Source: Geosiphon pyriformis uo1
Taxonomy: Eukaryota > Fungi > Glomeromycota
DNA: 64,000 bases
NCBI GenBank assembly: GCA_016748015.1
Contig: JAAOMT010000597.1
Location: forward strand, 124,001-188,000
Reading direction: 5' to 3'
Shown: one piece after another, positions 55,361 through 64,000 of the stretch
Layout of the letters: each line of letters starts with the position of its first letter
Numbering within the stretch: position 1 is the stretch's first letter
Program-made: the position numbers and the translations under genes
Notes under the pieces: generated by a model
Seen by the model: the letters and a program-made list of their open reading frames with translations, nothing else
What the model was told of the DNA's origin: nothing
The model's database searches: none

Positions 55361-56357
55361 TGTTACAGGTAATTATTTGGGTGGGTAAAATAAATAACAA
55401 ATCTGTAATTTGGTGCTTAATTAATATAATAGTGTTAGTATTTAAAGATTTTCATAATCTGAAGGTTTTGGTTTGAGTTCTTTGTATAATGAACAGTAAT
55501 TTAAGTATTGTTTTATCTATAGTCTCTTAGAATTGCAATTCCATTAAATTTTTTTCTTAGCATAATAGCTGGTAATCTTTTTGATAAGCTATCCTCAATT
55601 TTATAAATGTTTTATTTTTGTTTCACAGGTCTTTTACTAATTCTTTTGACATCAGTAACTTCATACATTAATCTTTAATTAATTAGTAAAATAATAAACA
55701 AAACAAAAAACAGAAAAAAAAATAAAGAGATAAGCCAAGGCAAAAAAAAGTTAGTATTCTATCAATGGTCATAATCAAGAGCTATTGGTTTAGTGTAGTT
55801 AAGTATTAGCAATTATTAACATAAATTATTGATAAAAAAAAAATGGATAGCACTAATAATAATTATTTTTATTGATATTTGATGTTTTTACTTCAAGTCA
55901 TAGAATATTATTATATGAAAAAATGAATATAGAATTGAAATTAAAGATTTTAAAACTAAGAATTCTGTTTTTTTTGTTCCTAATACTCTCATTATATATA
56001 TATATTTGATGTTCTATGAGATTTCACATATTTTTAAACAATGCTCCATAATTTTTCAAGCAATGCTCATATTGCTAAGCAATATCTCATAATTTCTGAT
56101 AATGTTTTATATTGCTAAGTAATATGTTCATGTGCTAAATACTATTCTTCTATTGGTCTATTTTTTATCTGTTTTTTTTACTACTTTTCTTGTATCTTTT
56201 TTTTATGAGTAATATTATTTTTTTCTTTAATATTGAGCTCTGTTAAAATTTTTGTTTAAGATTAATTCTATTACTTCTCTTTCTAAAACTGTTTGTTCAA
56301 CTTTGGTTTTTATGTTTTCTATTTGTAAGTTGTTTATTCTTCTCCATTGGTTAATAG
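55361..56357 (-). mobile_element. 3' end of a further Gypsy element (D): 3' LTR 55361-56214 plus decayed PPT and tail, cut by family A LTR at 56358
   Basis: 55361-56000 is homologous to family B LTRs. On the minus strand ACAGAGCTCAATATTAAAGAAAAAAATAA precedes the LTR, matching ACAGAGCTCAGTCTTGAGGAGGAGATTA of family A with G>A decay. Confidence 0.8.
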
Positions 56358-57338
56358 TGTTACCAGTAGAATTTTAGCTATTAATTAGCATGAAATTATC
56401 CTCATAATTCCTATTATTAATTAGTATATACTATTATTATTTCGAATATTACTATTATTTAAATCAAATTATCAAATATTATTACTCAATCAATAATCTG
56501 ATTTGTACTATAGAAATTAAGATGATCAAATTACACAATATCCTGAACCATTTAATATAGTCAAAATTTGCTAAAATTAATGAAAATTTGCCGAAATAAT
56601 CAATAGTTCAGTAAAATAACTTGTAGTTTACCAAAATGTATTTTTAGTTTACCCAAATTATAGCAAAAAGAAAAGGGCAAGTTCAAAGACTAGTACTACA
56701 ACAAATTGTATAAAAAAAGAGCTTCTCTCTTCAAGAAAATGTATTTTCTCATAGTATTTTTTTATAGTATCTTACCATAGTATCCTACTATAGATATTTT
56801 AATTGAAACAAATCACTTTTTACACATTCAAATAAAAATTAAATATTTAAAAACCAAATCCTTAAATTATTACACTTGAAATTCCCTCAACACAACTGAT
56901 GTTTTGAAATTGATTAACTACCAATTTCAATAAACTGTTAGTAACTTCAGACCTGGATAGAAAACGTTTCTCTTGTTAGAATTCTATTTCTTTTATATTT
57001 CTTTTATTTTCTTTTTTTTTGTATCATAATTATTAGAGTAGTCTACAGACAAGATTCCTGTAAAAGAATTGACTTTTACAGCAAAGTAACTACACATTTT
57101 AGTAAGCTTCCAGACAAGCAATTCTTGGAAAAAAGTTGATGTTTATTACAATGTAATTACACAAAGTAACTGGCATGGAATTGGCCATTCTATTTATAAG
57201 TCCAGCAGCTCAAATTATAGGAAATAATTTGAAGATAAATTCAGTTACTGGAGGTCCAACTACTTCCTGAAAACATAAATTCACAGCAAATTAACATTAA
57301 CAACATTCAAGAAAAAAGACCAAAAACTTCTGGTAACA
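56358..57338 (+). repeat. 5' LTR family A (981 bp)
   Basis: TGTTAC..GTAACA termini, followed by TTTGGTGCTC; homologous to 2362-3349. Confidence 0.92.
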
Positions 57339-60300
57339 TTTGGTGCTCTCTCATGAAAATAACACAGCAACAACAAATTCAAAGTGGCAATCATACCAAA
57401 TACAACAACTTTAGAGTATTACTAGTCAATTTACATCCACTGCAAGCAAAGATTCAACATTCCAAACAGAATTGAAGTTGTCAAGAAATCAGTATACCAA
57501 TACATTGAAAACTGTATCAACAATTATTTTTTTGGAAATTATAACATTTCAGAAGTTAGAAGCAATCTTTACAATAATTTAGTGCACTATTTACAATTAA
57601 AAACAGAAGACCTGAACAGTAAAATTTTTGCCATCTACTTCCAAAAACTTAACTTTAGCATTATTCAGTATTGTGAAGAAAAATACCCAATACAATCTAG
57701 ATATTCTATTGACTTTGAATCAAAAACAGAAACAAGCAACAGAGGCAAACAAAAACTAAAGCAACATTCAAGCATCACCCTAATCACCCCAAAGACACCA
57801 AAAATAACTGCCAAACACTTGCAAACTCCAAAACAAAGAACCAGCACCAGACTTTCACTCTTAGTCACACCCTTTTCAATTTTACTTGTTCAACCACAAA
57901 CACCAAATTCATCACTTATTTGTTTCTTAAGACCAGAAGATTTTCAGCCACCCAAAAGTCCTACTCAACAGCAGGAATCTATATTAACCAGCACCAATAT
58001 TATTGATTATCTACAAAAAACGAAAGTAATCATTCAGGAAACTTGGAAAGTGAGAAAACTGAATCAAAACAAGAAGAAACTACAGAAAACAAAAAAAAAA
58101 TGGCAACTGCTTATATTGCAAAAATTCCAGAATTTACTGGTAAAGATAATAATACCAGTCCTCAAGAATGGCTTGACAAAGTACAGAAAGCAGGAAATGC
58201 AAATGGTTAGAATACAGTAAGAATGCTTAAAGCAATTCCATACTTTTTCCAAGGAACTACAAGAGAATGATTTGAAAACTTAGAAAAATTATTTGGAAAC
58301 TGGCAAGCATTCAAAGATGCTTTCTTATAACAATTCATTGACAACAACACTTATATCACTTTCTGTAATCACTTTCACAATATCAAACAAAAAACATCTG
58401 AAACTATTATGATCTATCTTGGAAGATTCAACAAACTTCTTTAATGAATTCGACAATTGGAAACCAATGAATACTATTCCAATACCCAGATTTTGGATCA
58501 GTTTACAACAGGATTAAAGAACAAATTAATCAAAAAAGTTTGCTCACATGCCTCAAAAGACTTAACAACAGCTATTAGACATACAAAAAACTATGAAATG
58601 GCAATAGAAGAAGCAAACCATACCAAACTTGTGAATCTTGCTATTGAAAAAACCAGCTAAGCAGCTGAAAAAAAAATTGACCAACTTATAAAGAAGGTTG
58701 AAAACTATTTTACCAACCAACAACAACAGCAAAAACTACAAAAATATTAGCCACCACAATAATAAAACCAAAACAACTACTTATTATTATCAAACAGCCA
58801 AAACCAAAGTTGTTACTATTGTGAGATTTTAGGACATTGGAAACAAAATTGCAGAAAGCTATAAAGAGACCAATAAAACAGAAGTAATTAATGTTATGCT
58901 TTAACACAGCAATCTAATTACCAGCCACTATCACCAGTCTGCTATTCCTCAAGACCCCAACAGCAGAACAACTACTATTAGTCTGTTTCATAGCAGCAAT
59001 ATCAACAACCACTACCAATCCAACAGTATCAACAGCCACCTACACAACAATACCAAATATCTGTTTGAAGATTGGTTCAACATAATCAATTCACATCTCA
59101 AAATCAATTTCAGAATAACAACAACAAAATCAATCCAAATAACCAGTTGGTTCTCTGAAATTCTGGTCAGCAAAGACCCAATTACTCCCACACTCAACTC
59201 AGTTATCTTACAATGCCTGAAGAATTGGATTTTCAACAAACTGCACTTTTTGAAGATAAAGTTGCAGCACCAAGATCAAACTCTTCCAACAATACTATTC
59301 CACCAGCTTAAATTGCCCAAAATGCCAATCTCTTAAATATATTTTTATTTGAATTTGAAGCCAATAAATCATCATTTTTGCTTAGCAATGCAGCAGTCAA
59401 TAAACAAAAAGCAATTACAGCAATATATACTGAAGCTGAAGTTGAAGAAAAACCAATTTGGTTAATCTTAGACAGTAGATTAGCTGGAAGTATTATCACC
59501 TACCAATTAATACAACAGCTTCAAAGAACTGTTAACAGACCAGCCCAAACTGTCATTGTTACAGCAGATGAAATGAAAAAGACATCAGTAGAAGAAATTA
59601 ACAATTTCCCATTCATTATTAATGGAATTACTATTCCAGTTAAAGTTCTAGTTATGGATGCACTCCAATACTAAGCTCTCATTAGAAATAATTGGCTTCT
59701 CAAGGCCAATGTAAATTTAGATTGGGAAACCCAGGAATTGAAAATTTCATACCAAGGACAATACACCAGAGTATTTGTCACTTGTAGTACTTTTAATAAA
59801 AAATCTGAAAAAGCCTCAGTATTCGAATTTAAAGAAGAGAAAGAACTACCAGTTACTGAAACTTTTATGGCTCTTGGATCAACATCCAATTGGGCTGAGA
59901 AAACAGAACAAAAAATCTTTGAAAAGACCAGAAGATGGAATGTTGTTCAATACTCTACACCAGAACCAAAGAAACAACCACCCTATATTCCACTCAAATG
60001 CAGAGATTGTAAGAAGAAACTTTTATTAATAGAAGCATATATTTTTTCAAAAGAGAAATATGAAACTTGCATCTGCTACTTTTGCAAAGCATGCTATAGA
60101 AAACGATTTGGATATTCCAAAAAAAGTGAAAAATGGAACAACACTCTTTGTCTTACATGTGGAGATACATTACCAGAAGAATGCAACTGGATTGATGTTG
60201 CAATAAGAGGAAGAGTATGTGACCAAACCTGCCAATATGCCTTATCAATTTCGGAAAAAGTTAAAAGAGGAACACCTTTTGATGCAGCATACAACAGTGC

Positions 60301-60744
60301 TTTTAACAAACTTTATTACTATCTGCATAATGCTGAAATAATCTTTGATTTAGCAATGGCTTTAATTAATGGAGCCACAAAAGAAAATGTCTGCCAAATA
60401 AAAAAAGCTGAATACATTGAGTACACTATGGAATTAGTTGAATTCAACTATAAAAATGAAGTAGAGACATACCACCAAATTGCAAGCCACACATACTCAA
60501 TCCAAGAAGCTCAAATTCAACAATTAAAGCAAATAAACATTTAATTGTGTGAAGAATATATTATGCCTTGTGATAACAAATAGTGTCTAAAATACTATGC
60601 TCTTAGCATTTCCTTGCCCAGTGAAAATAATCAAGAAGAAATCGAATTTGGGAAACTGAAAACAAAAAAAGAAATTGCAACAACACCAATCTATCTTATT
60701 GAAAACCAGTTTGCTATACAACTCAAATACTTTGACAACAATGA

Positions 60745-61150
60745 ACAAGGAATAAAACCAGAAAAAGCCCATAAAATTGATACAGGATATGATCTTAGAT
60801 ATTCTGGCAAAAACATTTTGGTTCTTCAACCAAAATTCTTAACCAAAATCAATCTCAAAATTGCTCTTGAAATACTACCAGGAGCAATAGTGCAAATTGC
60901 TTTCTGATTATTATTGGCAAACAAAAAAATCAATGTTAGAAGAGAAGTCATAGATGCAGGATATACTGAAGACATTACCATTATGTTACAGAATGAAACA
61001 GACAAACCATTCAGAATTGAACATACTAAAAAAATTGCCCAAGCAATTTACCTACTCTTAATTAACATTTCGGGTTTACAATTAGTTAACAACAGAAAAC
61101 AATTGGGAAAAAGTAAAAAAAAAAATCAAAGTTTTGGTTTAACTGAATAA
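60745..61150 (+). pseudogene. dUTPase domain within Pol
   Basis: Motifs PEKAH.IDTGYDL, VQIA.., VIDAGYTEDITIMLQN, KKIAQAI, decayed motif V (QSFGLT). Confidence 0.88.
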
Positions 61151-61599
61151 TTTACAGTTTCAGTAAATATAGCTTTCAATACACAAAATAAATCTCACCA
61201 GATTCTTCAACTTTTCCAACCAATTACCATTTTACTTTTTGGAGAACATTATGAAATTTACACTTGCTCAAAACCCACCACTACCCAACAAATCTTTGAA
61301 TTCAATAAACAAATCTGTTTAAAGCATGAAATCTTAATTCCAAAAGTTTATATTCCCAAAGGAATGAAAAAATTTCAAGTTATATTCTACAATCTTAATA
61401 ATTATTCTATTGTTTTATTGAATAAATTAGAAATTGGAATTATACACAGCAATATTTTTCAAGATGAAAACTCTTAAATTGTCTCTAATTTTATCAAAAT
61501 TATAAGACATATATTACTTCCAAATTCAAACATCATTCTTACTACTAAAAACTACCACCTTTTAGAAGAAAAACTTTTTCAAATCAACATAGGTCTCTT

Positions 61600-64000
61600 A
61601 AAACCTCAACAACAAAAACAATTGAAACAGCTAATAGCTGAATTTGCTGACATATTTGCAAAAGACAACAATGATCTTGGAAAAACTAATATTGTTCAAC
61701 ATCAGATCCACACAGGAGATGCTTTACCAAAACATCAACAAACTTATTGAGTGCCATCTGCCAGCCACCAATTTATCAGAGAAGAAGTTCAGAGAATGCT
61801 CAATAATGGATTGATTCAACTATCAAAAAGTCTTTGGGTTTTACCAATAGTTCTGGTTAAAAAAAAAATAGAAAAATCAGATTTTGTGTTGACTACCACC
61901 AATTGAACAGTGTAACAATTGGAGATGTCTACTTTCTTCTAAGAATTGAAAACATGCTGGATGCTCTAGAAAAAGCCAAGTTCTTCTCAACTTTAGACTT
62001 GAAAAGTGGATACTGACAAGTCGAAATGAACTCAAAAAATCGACCCAAAACAGCATTTACCACCCAAGAAAGAAACTATGAGTTCAATGTTATGTCTTTT
62101 AGACTCTGCAATATACCAGCAATATTTCAGCAATTCATGGATGTTGTATATAAAGAACTCTTATGGCAATCAATAGTTGTCTATTTTGATAACACTAATG
62201 TGTACTCATCAAGCTTTGAAGCTCATCTTATTTATCTGTGAGAAGTTTTTCAATGATTACAGAAAGCAAGATTAAAGTTGAACATTGAGAAATGTTACTT
62301 TGGAAAAACAAGTTTAATCTTTCTTGGACATATTGTTAGCAAAGATAGAGTCCAACCAAATTCTGGAACAATTAATGCTGTTAAAAACTTTCAAACATCC
62401 AGAAATACTACAAAATTACAAGGATTTGTAGAATTAGCCTTCTACTATCAAAAATTTATAAAAGGATTCTCAGAAATTACCAAACCACTTAACTATCTTA
62501 TTAACAAAAATGTGCTATATCAATGGACTGAAGAACAACAAAAAGCTTTTGAAATTCTCAAAACAAAATTAACAACAGCCCCAGTTTTTGCTTATCCAGA
62601 CTTCAACAAACGGTTCTAATTAGCTACTGATGCCTTATATATAGCTTTTGGTGCCATTTTATCACAATTAAATGAAAATAGCCAAGAACAAGTCATTGCT
62701 TATGCTAGTAGAACACTCAAACCAACAGAATTCAAATATGGCTCAACTGAATTAGAAGCTGCTGCAGTTATTTGGGCTATTAAACATTTTCAACAATACC
62801 TGAAGAATAGAAAAGAATTTGACATTATAACTGACAATATTGGTCTTATATAGTTCAATAAAAAAAAAACTGAACAAAATGCCAAACAGTTTTAATAGAA
62901 TGACTTCCTAACAGACTACAAATATATTGTACACCACAAACCAGAAAAACTACACACCAATGTTAATAGTTTCTTAAGAATAAGACAAGATTAACACCAC
63001 CAACAAATCCACTACAACTTATTACTACCAACAAAACAACAAAACAACAATAGATTCCAGAAATTACAACAACTTTAAAAATTATTTGGAGACTCTTATC
63101 ATGCCAAAAAATTGGTCTCCAAGTGAAAAACATTAATTACAACACCAATCTAAACAATATTTCATATATCATAACAAAATTTATTATAAAAATTGCAGAA
63201 ACTCAAACCAACTATTCAGATTAGTACAAGAGAATGAAAAAGAAACAATCCTATACAACATGTATACAAATCCTTTGTCAGCATACTTGGGAAGAGATGG
63301 AACAATTCAAAAAACTCTTAAACATTACTTTTGGTCTCACATGCAAAAAAACATTTGACAATATATAGAATTTTGTAATAGTTGTCAAAAAAAAAGAGAA
63401 ACTCACCCCATAGAACCTATAAATCCAATCAAAGTTGGACAATTTTTTGACAGAGTTGGAATTGATTTAGTCAGACCATTATCTATTACAATCCAAGGAA
63501 ATTTTTATATTGCAGTTGCAGTAGATTATCTTACCAAATGGTCTGAAGCTAGAGTCATCTAAAGAACAGATGCAAAATCAGTAGCAAATTTTATCTATAA
63601 AGACATTATTTGTAGACATGGATGCCCAATTAAACTTTTATCTAATCAAAGAACACATTTTGTAAACAACTTAATACAAAAAATTTGTGAACAATTCAAT
63701 GTCAAAAAACTTTTATTATCACCTTATTACCCCTAAACAAATGGACTTGTAGAATAGTTCAACAGAATATTGTATGAATCTTTAGCCAAAGTCTTAACAG
63801 ATTTTGAGCAGGAATGGAATATCTTTATTCCATCAGTATTACTAGCATACAGAATACTAAAACAAGATACTATGAAACACACACCATTTGATCTTACTTA
63901 TGGAAAGACAGCAATATTACCAATTAATTTCACAGTAGAAACATACTCAATGCAATCAATCAATGAAGAAAACTTTCAAGAAACCCTCCAAAGAAGAGCT
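61600..64000 (+). pseudogene. pol: Reverse transcriptase, RNase H and integrase, with stops and frameshifts
   Basis: RFCVDY, FSTLDLKSGY, KTAFTT, VYFDN (decayed YxDD), ATDA, ELEAAAVIWAIKHF, HHCC region ~63260-63390, VGIDLV, NGLVE*FN. Confidence 0.93.

Larger units (their letters stand above)
56358..64000 (+). mobile_element. Near full-length decayed Ty3/Gypsy element family A (runs off window)
   Basis: LTR 56358-57338, PBS 57341, gag from GTG 57384, knuckle ~58810-58851, protease ~59400-59740, Cys-rich insert, dUTPase, RT, RNase H, integrase in Gypsy order. Confidence 0.95.

Overview
Eukaryotic, intron-rich, AT-rich fungal DNA. The repeat and gene families look like Glomeromycotina (Geosiphon/Ambispora-like); this is recognition from memory, not a database result. 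There are three compartments. (1) 1-~18.9 kb is a nest of decayed Ty3/Gypsy LTR retrotransposons (my families A, B, C) plus LINE relics. (2) ~19.0-48.6 kb is a compact island of ten intact housekeeping genes: GTR1/RagA, PhnP-like MBL hydrolase, TMEM41, SEC7, YTM1, MET16, RCC1-like, OSR1/SPAK-like kinase, CDC20, CTK1-like, plus RPS14 at its edge. (3) ~49.3-64 kb holds a solo-LTR relic, a 4.36-kb pogo/Tigger DNA transposon, and a near-complete Gypsy element (gag-PR-Cys-rich-dUTPase-RT-RH-IN). The most notable signals are: (a) the pogo element encloses, between its TIRs and TA target-site duplication, decayed Crinkler-type nuclease and SEL1-repeat cargo genes; (b) all five gag 5' ends begin at GTG, and family A has a ~720-780-nt stretch with no ATG in any frame before the capsid ATG, suggesting GUG/leaky-scanning dual Gag initiation; (c) CDC20 has no in-frame ATG upstream of its C-box and appears to start at a CTG in strong context; (d) a conserved multi-zinc-finger insert plus dUTPase in Pol; (e) a duplicated, covarying RNA hairpin module in family A LTRs; (f) almost purely transition-type decay of the repeats. 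Exon boundaries and counts were read by eye and may be off by a few bases.
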